Below, piece after piece: positions 29,775 to 45,300 of a stretch of 64,000 bases of DNA. Origin of the DNA: a virus. The position numbers and the translations under genes are program-made. Position 1 is the first letter of the stretch. Each line of letters opens with the position of its first letter. Below the pieces are notes generated by a model. That model did no database searches. It saw only the letters and a program-made list of their open reading frames with translations, and was not told the DNA's origin. Location: IMG/VR virus record IMGVR_UViG_3300045988_015843. One strand, written 5' to 3'.

Positions 29775-30669
29775 ATCTGTCATAGCTAAGATAATGGCTG
29801 ATTCTGACGCATCAGAGGTTCGTAATAGAATATCAGATATACGAGAATGGATCTTTGAGGCTATTGAGAAGATTGGTGCTCCAATGTAGTATATTAGAAA
29901 AGAGTCTGGTGTAGATGAGCCGTTACTCAAGCTTATAGATTACCAAGTGCCAATCCCTGATGATCTTATCCATTTAGATACTGTAGCATATTCTAACACG
30001 CCTAATGGTCCGTGGATACCTGCTAGAAAAGATACTTCGGATATACACCGGTTTAAACACGGTATTGTACATAAACCTGAATATGTGTATATTCCGCATG
30101 ACAATGCGAATAAGACAATACCTGATAAGATACGAGTTGCTCCTGAACATCAGGATCCTGCACACAAACTTATAACATCTCAATCTCAGTTGTTGACTAT
30201 GAATGGTCATAAAGCATTTCATCAGTTAGCACGTAATATATAGAGTAGTCCTACGTATTTTATTAAGCCAGGATGGATCGTTAGTAATAAAAGAGACGGT
30301 TTTATTAAACTTGTATACAAATCTATCGCAACAGATGAACGTGGATACCCTCTTATACCAGACAATGCAGCTTATCAAGAAGCTATTTATTGGTACGTAA
30401 TGATGAAGCTAGCATTCCCTAAGTTTATGAAAGGTAAGCTTGGAGGTCGTAGTGTTTACGATAATAGAGTGGCTTATACTCATATACAGCAACAGTGGGC
30501 TTATTATAGAGAACAAGCTTATGCTGAAGCTATGATGCCAACACAAGATGATCTTAGATCAATTAAAAATGATTGGCTAAGATTGATACCAGATATTGAT
30601 GCAGACGATTATTTCTTCAAACCCACTGGCGATAGAGAATTAACTTATAACGATAGCTATTATGACTAA
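29749..30669 (+). CDS. Tail/neck structural protein (306 aa), 2 in-frame TAG
   Basis: Frame 1 is open from 29743. The first ATG is 29749. It joins track ORFs 29947 and 30400 and ends in TAA. Confidence 0.5.
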
Positions 30670-30691
30670 TACAAATACTCAATAGGTAAAC

Positions 30692-33600
30692 ATGTTTTCT
30701 GGTGGTATGGATACTGATACTTCAGACATGTTTATTGATAAGAATAGATACCGCATGGCTAAGAACTTGAGGTTTGTAACAGACACTCAGTCTAGTGGCG
30801 GAGAATTACATGCGGTACAAGGATTTAAGCCTGTACTCAAAGGCTTATTGCCAAACGTTATTGCAACAACTGTTGTACGTAATCTAGGTGTTATTGTATA
30901 GAAAACGCCTAATGATGACGAGTCAAAATGGTGTGTTAAGACATTTGACAACAACAAACCGATTTAGCTAAAAACAGTCTTCTTATGTAAAGAAGAGATT
31001 GGCTCAGATAAACCCAGTGTATTAGGGTTATACGAAACAAATAAGATCTGTAAGCTATATATTGCAGATGGAGTACATCCATTGATGATTATAGACTTAC
31101 TCCCTAAAAAAGAAGTAGTCCCTGTTAACATAGATGAAGTTGCGATATACTCATCTGTTGTGTTAAACAAACCTATTATCAACGGTTTTACATCTGGATC
31201 TCTTAAATCAGGATGCGTATCGTATGCATATAGATTGTATGGATTATATGGTCCTGGAACAGAGATGTCTATACCAACGAGATAGCTTTAGATTCCAGAG
31301 AAACCGTTATCTGGAAATTAGTTGAAGGGTGCTAAGAGTGATTACGCAACAGGATGCGGAGTATCAATAACATGTAATTTAGATAATCCTGTTCCTGATA
31401 AATTTGATCACATTCTTATATACAGAATATCATATCAGGTACAAGGACAACTTCCGTTAGTAGAACTCATATACGATGGTAAGCGTACTGGTAATAGCGT
31501 AAAGTTCATAGACTCTGGTCAGAAAGCTCTTGGTACATTAACACTGGAGGAATACAACAGTGTATCTGGAAATCATATTATCCCCAAAATCATTGAATCT
31601 AAGAACGATTATTTGTTTGCCGGAAACATTAAAGAACAGCAACACGATTTGTTTGAAGACTATGACACACGAGCATACTCATTCAATCCTCGTGGAATTG
31701 CTTATTTGTATGATGCGTCTGGTGTAAATAAGATCAATGTGACAAGCTCTACGTATGACACTGTTAAGCCTACTGGAGACTGTTTCAATATGTACAACGA
31801 TATGTCAACAGAACCTCTTGATGATCGCTATAATTATATAGACGGAGATGGTTCTTATTGTAGATACGACATAGATAAGTACTATGGCGGTACTGGTGTT
31901 AATATATCTTGGAGGTTCGTAACAGCATCATTAGTTGGAGATGCAAATGTATCTGTGCTATCAACAGCTCCTAAATATGGAAATGATGGTATTGGTACTA
32001 GTTCTATATGTATCGATAAGAACACCAATAAGAGTACTGATGTTACAAAACCTGTTGTATGTGAATATTTAAAATATCACAACGATAATAGCTCTGAAAA
32101 TGCACAATATGATACATCTGAATATGTTAGTGTTAGCTCAAGTTTATCGTATTCTGATGCAAAGACATCTATGTTATTCAGATCATTAAGACGAGATGAG
32201 TTATATAGATACGGTATTGTGTTATATCATAAGAATGGATCTGCATCTAACGTCAAATGGATTGCTGATATACGTACTCCTAATATAACATGGGATGGTT
32301 GTGAAACATTCTATGCTCGTGGTAAGAATGGAAATAATCCAGAAGATCTTATTGTGAGACCATTGGGTGTTGAGTTTGATGTACGCAATCTGCCGGAAGA
32401 CTGTGTTGGATACGAGATTGTTAGATGTCAACGTAAAGAGTCTGATATAGCAACAATATCACAAGGAGTTATATCAAGGCCTATTGCTGAACAATATTCG
32501 CCAGGGCTTGCATCAAGACCGACTACAGCTGGTTCTACAGTATATACTCCGAGTGGATTTATAACAACGAATCGATATTGGACTGGTAATGATGCTTATG
32601 CTAGAGTACATAGTGATGCAGATAGCTCTGGCTGGGAAGCTGATAATTTTGAAAATAACACAATATATCAGTTTATATCACCTGAAGTATCTTATTTGAA
32701 AGGGTCTATAAAGGATTTTGATAACAACACATCTTTATCCCTAAACCCTGTAAAATATATATTTGGAGCAAGTTCTACAACCCTTGGAAATACGTACAAC
32801 CAATATAAAACAAGCCTTGCGTATGGTGGTAAGAAGTATCGTGGTATATATCCATCTGCTGGTAATGGTAGATTTGCTTGTGGCTATGACACATTCGTAC
32901 AATCTGATAATGGGCAGAGTCCTGTATACAAAACTCTAAGCAGAGACGATGTTGATGCTAATGCTAAGTCTAATGTGTTATTCCCAACGCTTTGTTGTAA
33001 AAAAGATGGTATTGATATTGTAAACTCATTATATAAGTTCAGATCGACATTTGAGCTATCTAGAGAAGGTGGTTTGTCACAAGCAGGTCGTGATGACATT
33101 AGTACAGATGCATATGGTAAACATGGCCAATACACAGGTGTAACTCCATCTTATGGAAACATATATATAAACAATAACGGTATTCTTAGTAGAGGTGTCT
33201 CATGGGTATCATCTACCGGAGATGAAATTGATGTTACCAACGGAGGATTCCAAACTGTACGAGATGCTACATATATGTACGTAAAACTATATGAACAAAG
33301 TTCTAATGTTTGGTCGCGTGTACATAATGCAAATCATATTGGGCAAGCTGGATATATTAAAGACGATAAAGCTATTGGATATGTACCTGTATATAGAAGA
33401 ATCACCAACAGTCTTAAGTTCTCTGTAAAAGACTCTGTAATACCAAAAGAGTTTAGCTGGGATGATTATGCATCACGAATCAAAGATACTGCAAACTGGA
33501 CTAAATCGTTCAATGATAAAATAGATGCTATTGGTAATACGAACTATTGCAATTATGTATCTGGTGGTGGATTCTCTCAAAACCTAGAAGCTAAAGATGG

Positions 33601-35329
33601 TGATAATTTCGTACGAGATTGTTAGTTATATGGCCCTGGAGGATCATGCATGTTGTTACAGATAGATCCGTACGATAATTATTTAGATAATGTGTCATAC
33701 GATAAAACTGTTCCAAATCCTGAAACACAGATCTTGTTTGATACATTTGGAACATCAAATGCTGTAAATAGCAGACCGTTTACTGTTCCAGGATATGATC
33801 CGAATGAGCCTAGTGAACCAGGTTCTGAAGATCTATATACCATCACAGGTTTTTCATCTAATGAGTCATTCAATGGTGTACCATTAGTCGTTAAACCTGA
33901 GAGCTTAATGGGTACGTTCTTATGCAATCTAAGAAAGAATATTATTCCTTATGGTGGTTATTCTGCTGTAGATAGATCTCTCAACACATACTGTAGTTAC
34001 GGCAATTACTTCAAGAAAGATGATACAAACACTAAACATGTGATCTTTGATGGAGATTGTTATATACAGCCGTTTGAGTATGTAAGTATGCATAAACAAG
34101 CAAACCCTGAATATCTTATCATGAAGACTATGATGGTTGTTTATGCAATACCTGTCGAAACAAATATCAACTTAGCTTATACGTATGGACATGAGCTTAG
34201 TAGGAATCTTGGAGATTGGAAGACGACTCTGTCTCAAATACAGCCTGCTAACGTGATGAATAAATATACTCAAACAACTCCTATGTATTAGTACAACAGT
34301 GCTTATTCTATTGATCCAACGGCTAAACAATATGCAGCACAATCTATAGAAGAGGTATCTGATACTGTTGATACTAGAGTTGTTTACGCTGGGCCTAAGT
34401 AGAATGGAGAACGTATAGACAGTTGGAGTAAGTTTCAAGCATCTAATTATATAGATGTTGATTCTAAGTATGGACAACTTACTCAACTAAAAAGCTTCCA
34501 TAATCAGTTGTTATTCTGGCAAGAAAATGCATTTGGTGTACTGTCTGTAAATGAACGAGTATAGATTACTGATGATAGTAATATGCCGTTGATGCTTGGT
34601 ACTGGTGGTGTATTGCAAAGATACGATTACGTATTAACAACAAATGGTATGAAAGCTGGTCAATATGCAGATACTCAATCAGATAGTGCGGTATACTGGT
34701 TTGATAATGATAGAAGGGAATTATGCTCATATACTCAAAATGGAAGTACATCATTATCTAAGGCAAAACAAATACAGAATCTTATGAATGCAAGCACACT
34801 CAACTATGAGCCTGTTGTTACGTATGATAAGAAATTTAACGAGGTGCTATTCAATGTTACAGATACTGGAGCTGTTGTATATAGTGAGCAAGCACAATCA
34901 TTCACAGGTTTATACACAATACCGATGAAGGCAGCATTGTCATTCTAGAGTGATTTGTACTTTACAGACGATACGATGTATAAGTGGAATGAAGATGGAG
35001 GTAACCTTGGTCATTCTCTTAAGTATGTCGTAAACGATAATAGTAGCTATGTGAAGATATTTGATAATGCTGAGTTTGGTGCTTAGACAAACGATGAGTA
35101 TAATAATATGAAATTGACATTCAGCACAAAAGTTGGTACCGGCACATTAACAAAAGACGATATAACGAATAGAGAATATTCGTATAGATACGCAATTCCA
35201 AGGGCAAACAACGCTTAGTATGGAGATCGAATGCGAGATAAAACAATGTCCGTTGAAATGACTACGGATGGTGATAATAACTTTTCAATACAATATATAA
35301 TAACTAAATATAGAATATCTTGGTCATGA
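30692..35329 (+). CDS. Large tail protein (1545 aa; tail hub/muzzle-type by size and position), about 12 in-frame TAG
   Basis: Track ORFs 30692, 31082, 31322, 33650 and 34583 are all in frame 2. I read every junction and each contains only TAG. The stop is TGA 35327. Confidence 0.7.
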
Positions 35330-37272
35330 TAGATGGATTAACAAATTACCCAAATACTAGGAGTTTTGCTGATTATTATTATAATAATCCATATCCTGCA
35401 ACATATACTGGCATGACTGTCCCGTCTGGAAACGGACGTGTTGATTTGTCAGGAGCTATGCCTAAGTTGGTTAACACTCCTCCTAAACTACAAGCTCCTG
35501 CATCATTCAATAAGACTCCGTTCAATATAAATAAGTACGGAGATTTGGTACAGCCAGCAATTCAGTTCGTAGGGTCTGCTATAAACGCATTTGGTTCAAC
35601 AGATAGTACACAATCCCTTATGCAGCAAAGTGGATCGTCTTACGTAGATACAGGCAACTTTGGGTATACGAAACAGAATGATGTTGATTATGCTGATCAA
35701 ATGAGAAAGGTTTCTTCTCAGAATAAGATCAATACACTCGGAGCAATGGGTGCTGGTGCTGCTTTAGGAAGTGTCATACCGGGATTGGGTACATTAGTCG
35801 GTGGTGGTATTGGAGCTGCTGTAGGACTCGTAACAGGATTGTTTGGTTCTGGTAAAAGAAAGGCTCAGGCTCGTAAACGATTGTTTGATGCTCAACAAAC
35901 AGTTAATAGAAATAATAATTACGCACAAGCATCTGCTTAGTCAGATTATCTTCAAAATAAGTATATACAAGAGAATGGAGATGCTTCTAATCAGATGTTA
36001 TATGGTGCTAAGAAAGGTAAGGATAAAGGTATGCGATTAAATGGTAGGTTAAGTACTGAACGTGTGTGGAGTCCGATCGGGCTGACCAGTGCTAAACCAA
36101 ATGCTAGAGTTAGCGGAGGAGAATCTATATTTGATGGAGAATCTGTTGATAACGCAACAGGTACGTATGTGAGCAAAGGAGCACCTAACAAGGATGATCA
36201 GTTAGCTAATTTAAGAGACCAGTCTGTTGTATTTGGAGACAACGTTAATCTGAGAACTGGTTATAAATATAAAGACGAAGTTGCTCCATATATATAGGCA
36301 CTTGAGAAAATAAATAAGAAGTACGAAATACGTACTGACAATAAATTAAATCAGCTCAGAGGCACTGTTGGTCAACATACAGACAACATAAACCAACAAG
36401 AGATAAACAAGTTGAAGAAGCCGATTGTTGATTTCCTAAACAACAAAGCTGATGAACAAAAACAAGATAGAGAAATGATGAGTTATTATCCGTCATACAG
36501 ATGCGGCAAAGATCGTTTGCCTGGATATGCTAACGGCCGTCCAACAATATTAGATACGATTATACCAACTGGTACCGGAGCACTGTTATCTCTTGGACAG
36601 TATTTCTAGGCCAAAAATCAGCGTCCAAAAGGATCTGATATATATGCTAGTAATCCTTACGAACAGGCTGCACTTAATCAAATGGATTCGTTTAGAATCA
36701 ATCCGTATGCTATAGCTAGAGCAAATGCTGATGCAGAAAGACGAGCAGCTTATCAAGTTGGTAATATTGGCGGATTAACAAGCGGACAAAGAGGTGCTGG
36801 TAGAATTGCATTAGCTCTTGGTACAATGGCTAACAATGCCAAGGCCTTGAGTGATATTGAACTACAGAATATTCAGTTAGCACAGCAAGCTGCTCAAGCT
36901 AAGATTAACGCTGGTGATGCTTACGCTAAACGTAGAATGGCTGCTAGTGCTCAAGATTATGAGAACTATGCATCAGCACATGCTGCAAGACAGCAGGGTA
37001 TGCAGATAGGTTTACGTAACTTTATGGATTATCTCAACAGCTATATGTCTAATGAATACAAACGTAAGCAGGGTATTAACATGCTTGATCTATATCAGCA
37101 ACAGATAGATTTAGACAAACAGAAGCAGTTATCTGAATACGAAAGGAATTTGGAAAGAAAAGCTAGTTCAAAGCCTCTTGATCTAGCAACACTTGCTAAC
37201 ATGTATTCAGTAAGATATCCGTGGAAACAACCTATACATTATGACTTCACTCCTAAAATGACATTAAGATGA
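35326..37272 (+). CDS. Internal virion / ejection (cargo) protein candidate (648 aa), 4 in-frame TAG
   Basis: ATGA overlap start. Track ORFs 35320, 35995, 36412 and 36682 share frame 1. A Gly-rich hydrophobic segment, GAMGAGAALGSVIPGLGTLVGGGIGAAVGLVTGLFG, is present. Confidence 0.55.
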
Positions 37273-39323
37273 TATATTCAAAAGACTAGTGGATACAATT
37301 ACCCACAAAAGATTTATATGATTCTCAGATCATGCTAGCATCTATCAATGCTGCAAGAGATATGTATGAAAAGGGTTTGCAGGAGACTAAGGAGTTTAAT
37401 AAACTGTATGGTGATTTTACGAGCCCTATTGCAAGAGATGTTGATTATTGGTACGATAACACATTGAAACCTGTTAGAGATGCTATAAACTACATGTATG
37501 ACAAGGGTATAGATCCAACACGATCTGCTGAAGGTCGAGCTCTTATATAGAAGCTTATTAACCAAGCACCTGTTGCTAAGTTAAATTAGATTAGACAATC
37601 AGCTAAGATAGCAGATGAATACGTAAAGAACCGAGGAACCATGTAGGCCAATGGCCTATATGATCCCGGATTTGAACAGTTTGCTTTACGAGATCAGTAT
37701 GGTAGACCTGTTGATCTATCTACTTGGAGTACTATCGATGATGGAACTTGGGAACGTACAGCACCATATAAGTATGAATCTTTATACGACTATACATCTC
37801 CGATGTTTAAAGACCTAAAACCTCATGAATTAACTAAAGCTGAAGTTTAGAGTTTTGGTGTAAAGTATGACCCGAGGTATCAATATCAAGGTATAAGTAA
37901 AGGTGATCTTGAAAGAATTACTGGAGAGAGGATCCCTGGTGTTCAAAATGAAACCTTATACAAATATTATAGAGATCGTGCAGCAGATGTTGTACGTAAG
38001 CAGTATATAGCCGCTGGTAAGAATCCTGCTGAAATAACTCAAGATGAAATTGATAGACAATTTGTTCAAGATGTGATACAAGCTAATTCAGCTCGTATTA
38101 TGGAGCCAACTAAATCTGCAGATCAGTTTGCTGTTATGGCGCAAGGTCAAGCTAACGATATGCAGAAATTAAGATTCCAACAGGATCGTGAAGATGCTAG
38201 ATTCAATAAAGATCTTGCTTATAAATACTGGGCTGATAAACAAGCTACTGGACGCGCAATGATGTCTGCTGGACTAAATCCTAATACAGGAGCTCCATTG
38301 AGCGGGTCTGGAAATGAAAGCATTGCACGTGGTGTCTATGATAGACTTCTTGATGATGTTGCTACTAATTTACAACAACGTGATGAGAAGTATTTAGCCT
38401 CATTTAAAGCTAAGGCTAACAATACGTATAGTGCATTCTTACGTGCTCATCAGAACTCACCTGTACATGATAATTCTGGAAGAGCATGGACTGGTAGAAG
38501 AATGGCTAATCATTATTTCGATGTTGCTCGTAAGAAAGGTTATAAAGCAGCAGAGAAATGGCTTGTTAAGAATTTCAATAAATCATGGCATAGAGCAAAA
38601 GGAACTGCTTTCTGGAGAAGTTTTGACCAATATCGTTTAGCTCGCAAAGAATACGAAATGCCTGGTGGTAAACATAGAGCTGAGTATATTGGAGAACAAC
38701 AAGGCATTAGCGGAACTCATCTTAATGATGCCGATATCAACAGGGCGTTCCAAGACTATTTGATACAGCGAGATGCCGCTTCGGCAGCAACACTAAGGTC
38801 AGCAATTCCTATGTCCGAGGTCAAAGATAAGAATGGAAAAGTTTAGAATTATTAGGGTATTATTGGCCCAGAAACAACACTTGCGACTATTGGCAAAGTT
38901 CTAGTTGTAACAGGAATGGGATATTCTTATAAGACTCCTGAGCGTAAATTAGACAGAGCCATTAAAGGTTTAACATTCACAATAGCTCCTGGAGATGTAA
39001 ATACTGCTCAATATGGAGCTGGAACAGGTCTTAGATATTCTAAGGGTATGAGAGGACTTATTGTACACAAAGCTACTTTTAGTAAAGCTGAGTTGAAGAA
39101 GAGAGGGTTTGATCCTGATAAATACAGATCTCGTTGGGGTCACTTTGGTATAACTGATAGTAAGAGACCTGGCTATGTTGATATACAAGTTATGACAGAT
39201 ATTTCAGGGTCTCAAGCAGCTCTTAATATTAAAGGTGATAAAGAGTGGGGTGGATCTGCTTATTCAAAATCACGTATTGCTAGAAACCAAGCTATGCAGG
39301 AAGAACGTGCTGCAATGGAATAA
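37269..39323 (+). CDS. Internal virion / cargo protein candidate (684 aa), TAG at codon 7 and 7 further in-frame TAG
   Basis: ATG 37269 overlaps the upstream TGA. Track ORFs 37332, 38073 and 38916 share frame 0. TAA stop at 39321. Confidence 0.55.
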
Positions 39324-39339
39324 TATAATAAAATAAATT

Positions 39340-42300
39340 ATGCGTAGAAAGAAACACGGTGACGTCTTAGATCCAACGATACATGTTGGATATGAGTTAC
39401 TTAAAAATAGAGAAGCTATTAACTATGCTGTAGCTGCTCATGAAAATGAATCTAAAGCAATAAGGCGTAGCTACACGGAAGCTTATGCTGAGTTAAATAA
39501 AAAACGTGCAAATGCTGTAAATACGCTTATTAAATCCGATAATCCAGAAGAAGTATCATTGGGTAAACAGTTGCAAGCAATGTGGAAAATGCAGCCTGAT
39601 AACGACAAATCAGATGATGCTAAATCTGCTCTTGTGGACGTACTTAGTGGTGGAATAAATGCTGATTTAAATTTATCAGTACTTTCGCACATAGACGGTT
39701 TGGGATTAAACAAGCTTATTACGCCTGATAATACACTCTCATATCTCAGTAGGCTTAATTCAACACAAGCTGATTCTGGAGTTGGTGCCTTGCAAAGACT
39801 TAGTAAGTATGAAGATCATATCAACAATTACTTAAAAGTCCTTGATGCTAAGAAAAAGATAGAGTATCTTGAACAACAAGAAGCTATTCTGAATGATCAA
39901 GCTATTAAGACGTCAGATCCTAAGATGAAGCAGTCGTATTTAAAGCGCTTGTATCAGGTGCGTGATTCTAAATACGCACAAGCAGATATTTTAAATGCGT
40001 ACCAAAAGGATGTTGATATACTTGAGAAAGCAGACCCTACATCAGCTGGTGCAATGATTGATAAGACCAGAAAAGCCATTGAAGACTTTTTTAATCCCAT
40101 GTGGGAAACAACGCCTTTGCGAGATGTATTGAATGATGCAAAAGCACCATTGTACGATTTAAAATCAAAGAGTGATGCTGAAAAACGTAATGCATTGCAA
40201 CAATCATTACGTAACATTGCTGACATCAAGCCATTGTTACAAGCTAATGTTGATCGTAATCTAAAAGATGCTGCATATTATGAACGAAGAATAAGCCCTG
40301 AGTTTGTTGCTAAAAGAGATACTCCAGGTATGGACTTTTTTGATGCAGATACTTATTTATATAAGATGTCTGGTGTAATGGGTTCATCTGGTACATCTTG
40401 GAGAACTCAAATTGCATCTGCTGTTATTGGTGCTGCAGGTGGACTAGCAGCCTCGTTTACAGGAGGTGCATCTGTTGCAGCAGCAGCTCCAATAGTATTT
40501 GGATTGAATTATGCTGCTGGTATTGATGAGAACCAAGCTGAAGTTGCAACAGCTGCTCGTGAAAAGTTTACGGCAATGCTTGGTGGTGAAAACAGTCCTA
40601 AGTATAAGCAGTTTATAAAAGATGGTCGTGCTCAATTACCTAAGAACATATCTGTTCCAGATTCTAGGATTGTTGATATGTATCTAACCGGTTAGATTGT
40701 ATCGAATAAATCTGATATAAATAGAGCTAAGGTTGATACTCATAAAGATATTGAGGCTTTGTTTACAAAAGATATGGTTGCCACTACAGCAAACAATCTA
40801 ATTAATACTGTGTTGGAAGTAATGCCATTCGGTAAGAGTGTCTCAGAAACAATGGGTCTCAAAAACTGGAAGTTCTATAAGAGAGCTAGCGCAATACCCA
40901 GATACTTACGTAAAAAAGGTGGTCTTGCTAAAGAAGCTTATGAAATAGGTTCTGCATTTAAAGCTGGTGCTAAAACTGGTTCTAAGTTGTTTTCACCACT
41001 TGGTGTTGGAGGAACAACTATTGGTGCAGGTATTGGTGGAGCTACAAACACTGCGTTTAGATATATAGGAATGCCGTTCGGAGATCCTGGTTTTAAAAAG
41101 CTTTGGGGTAGTATTACTGACAAATTTCATAGAGTGGTCAATGCAGTAGACAGAGTAAATATCAAATGGTTGAAGAAGTTTAATGCTAAACCTGCTAAAG
41201 GAATTCTTGGTGATAGATTTATCGAGATGAACTATTTTCAAAACAGAAATTATGGTTTGGAATTAGCTAAACGTCTAGGTATATCTGGTGTTTCAGAAGG
41301 TGTTGAGGAAGGTAAACAGTATTAGAATGCAGAAGATTTTAAGAAAGGTTATGATGAACGTCAATTAAGAACTGACGTTATAAGTCTTGCATTCGATGAT
41401 TTCTTAACAGGTCTCGATGTTGGTAGAGATATACTTTCAATACCACTAGATCCTATTGGTATACTTAAAACTAAAGATAAGGATAGACTTGCTGAGGTTA
41501 AGGGCGGTATGTTAGCTGGTTTAACACACGTCGGTTCCGTCGGCATTATGAACTCTGTAAGCCCGTATCTTGAAGAGAAAAGTGCTAATAAGTTCTTAAT
41601 TGAGAACATGCTCACTGAAAATGTTATCGCCAACGACAAGTTAGATAAGCTTATGCATTATTCTAATTCGTCGAGAGAACAGTCTGGCATATGGGATAAA
41701 ATAAAAGCTGGTGTAAAACAAGGAATAACACGCTCAAACAGACTACAGGCCCTTGAAAAAGCTTTTGCTAATTTTAAGGAGCTGAATCAAAAGGAATATG
41801 AGAATACTGGTGACTATATCACATCTCCTGAGAATATAGACAAAGAGTTTGCTGACTTTAGAAGAGCTGTTGGATTAACTAGATCTACACGTATGCAAGA
41901 GATGGCTGAACGTGCTGGAGTTGACACTAATAGTGATGACTATGGCGCATTTGTTGCTACGTATATGATGGCTGCTGACAATCTTCTTGATAAGTCAAAA
42001 CAGTTTGCTAAGAACGAAAGTGAGCGTAATACTGAAGCTAATAAGATACTAAATAGTATTAGTATTGTTAATGAACAAGTACTTGAGGACGCTGGTGTAC
42101 CTAGAGCTTTATGGAATGATCCTAGATTTAATGGTGCAGAACATGATTTAAAACGACCTTTTATTGAACGTCTTGCCAGATTACAAGCATTGCTTGAGAC
42201 TAAGCAGGAACTTGAAGATGCTCTAAAAGCTGGTGCTAATAGAGCGATTATGCGTAAATACATTGACGGTATTGAGCATCAGATTGATATTGTAAAAAAT

Positions 42301-45300
42301 GGACAATATCAAACAGATCCTGAGACTGGTGAACAGGTTAGAGTTGGAGGATTATCTGACCTTGCTCAACGACTTTATTCTGCAAAAATCGGAGTTGATG
42401 ACAAAGGTTATAATCTACATGTTGGAGAATCTATTAATACTCTTGATGATATTGCAGCAGTATCCGTAGATCAAGAAGCTCAAGATAAACTTGCTGATAT
42501 ATACAGACAATCATATCTCGAACAATTTAACATGGAAAATGCCAGTGCTGCATTAGAACAGATTACTGGTACCACAAAGATTGTTAAAGATGAGAATGGA
42601 GAAGACAAAGTTGTTGTTGATAAACCGAGTGGGTTTAATACTATTTGGGATAAGATAAAGGAAGCTCGTAATGACAACGATGTGTTTTGGAATGAGCTTA
42701 CATCTGATGCGTTTAAGACGGATGAAGAGCTTGAAGCCGATAAAGATGCTGGTGAAGTTTATGAAAGTGGTTGGAGTAAACTACGGAATATTACCACAGA
42801 ATACGCTCTCGATGAAAAAGGAGACCGTATTAAAGCGGATGAAAACACTAAACTAAAAGACGATTAGACTGTAAGTCAGGACGGGTACGTATTAAATATA
42901 ACAAAAGAGTCTCCCATTAAAGAGCGTTTGATATTTACTCCAGAAGATCAGGACGAAGTGTCGAAATCTAATGAATATCAAGAAACTATTGAAAGTATTG
43001 CACCCGATATTAAGATTGCATATGGTTATGAAAATAGTTCCAATATAGGTTTAGTAACACAACAAGTTGGCGAAGCAAAACAGCAATTGTTAGAAGCTAA
43101 AGAGTCTGAGAAGCGTGCTAAAGAAGCTGCTAGACTCAGAGCTGAATTGAAACGTAAGCTTGAGAAGGAAGCTGATGAAAAACGCAAAGCATTCATTAAA
43201 TCAAATCCTAAGTACGAAGGTAAATCTAACGAAGTAGTTGATGCAGCTATTGCTAAGCATGAGAAGATAGTACAGAGACGTAAACAACGTGAACAAGAAC
43301 GTGAAGCCAAGGCTCTTGCGAAGTAGATTGAAAAAAATAAGCTTACTAGAGTTGATGGTAAAGTTCATATTGATAAAAAAGGTATTTCACATAAAGTATA
43401 TTAGAGAAAAGATGGTACTTATGTGACAGTACGTTGGGACGAACTTGGTAATCTTAAACAAACAGTTGTCAATAAAAACGATATTATCTCTGAGAAACAG
43501 GGCCTTATAAACGATGCATACACAGAACTTGTCAAACTCATAAAAGAGGTTGACGGACATAACGGCGATGTGATGCGTGCGATACTGTCTAAGATATAGA
43601 TCTCAGATCTTTCAAAGAACGGTATTCTTAATACGTATACACAGCTTTACAAACTACTAAAGGTTGCTGGTAGAGCAAACTCTATTGACATCTATGAGGC
43701 TGTTGTTATGCTTGGATATAGGTTAGCATCTACAGGATATGTGTGGAACAGATCTATGTCTGATCACGATGTTATTGATAGCAATGATATTGAAAATGAT
43801 TATGTTTAGAATGATAAGTTACGTATTGATGAACAACGTTTGAAGTCATTAGATGCTCCAATCATTTATCACAATGGCAAGATTGTAAGTAATCCTACTG
43901 CAACTGTCGAACGTGGTATGTCGTTATCAGATGCTATTAAAAAGGCTAGGTCTGGTGACAAAACGATTGTTGCTAAACTCGTTGAATACAAAAAATATCT
44001 GTCTGAAAATTTAGAAGCTGCTGTTGCAGATATACAATATCCTGGAGATGCAAACGCGGCAAAGTTGATTGAGAAAATCGATCACGAGTTAGATGAACTA
44101 AACAAGAGTCCTGAACAGAAAAAGATCGATAAGATCGTTTCAGATAAAGGTTTAACTAAAACAGATGATGTTTATACGTACAAAGATGGTCGTCAAACAC
44201 CAGTATACTTAGATAAAAATGGAAAGAAATGTATATTATCTAAGTCTAAGAAAGGTTATCGTGTAAACTATACTGTTAAATTTGATCAGAAACCTGCAAC
44301 TAAACCTGAACCTGCTCAACCAGCGCAACCTACTAAACCTATATAGCCTTCTAAACCAGAACAACCAACACAGCCTACTCAGCCTACATCTACCAAACCT
44401 GTTGATAAACCTGTAACCACGGATAAGACTACGCTTTCTCCTCAACAAAAAACTGTCGAAATGCTTGCTAAAAAACGGGCTGAAGACAAGTTAAAAGTTG
44501 GTGTTGATGGTTACGAATTAACAGGACAGGCTTATTTCATAAAAGTTGATGGTAAAATACAACGATTCAGACGTGTTCATGCTACTATTCCTGCACAAAC
44601 TTTAAATCTTAAGAGATCTATTGATCGTATGATCAATACTTTTGAGTAGATTTATAACGAACCAATGTCTGATGAAGAGGTTGTTTAGGAGGTAGTAAAC
44701 ATAATAGAAGATGTCATAAAAAATGGTGCGTATGTAAAGCTCGAACGTGATCGTTGGAGCAACAGCCATGTCACAATTGTTGATTTTGAGAAACAACCAG
44801 GCCTTGAGAGACATCCGCTTTCTGCGCAAGCAATTCATGATCTGAATGTATACTTGAAATATCTCAAAGAAGCAGGGCCGTTTAATTATGATGAGTTTTT
44901 TGGTATAGTTAGTGATGTTGCACACATCATAGCATCAACAGAACCTGGTACATCTGTACATGTTGGTAATGTAGTAGAAGGTGTTGTTAACCATGTCGTA
45001 CAACGTGTATTGGATCAAGGTTATGAAAATATTGTTGGTACTGAAGAGCAACTTGTCGATGAAATACTTAATACAAGATCTCATGACAGTTTTAAACAAT
45101 CATCAACTCCTGAATCTGGTGAATACGGATCTAACCGTACGTATGACGAGTGGTTTAATAAAAACAGAGGCGTAGTAAAGAATCTTGTATTAGATGTATT
45201 AAGATAGCTTAAATCTTTCCACGACTTAGGTTGGGTTGTACAATCTGAAAAGCTTACATTATATGGGGAGTTTAAAGGTGTTGGTCGTGTTGCTGGAGAA

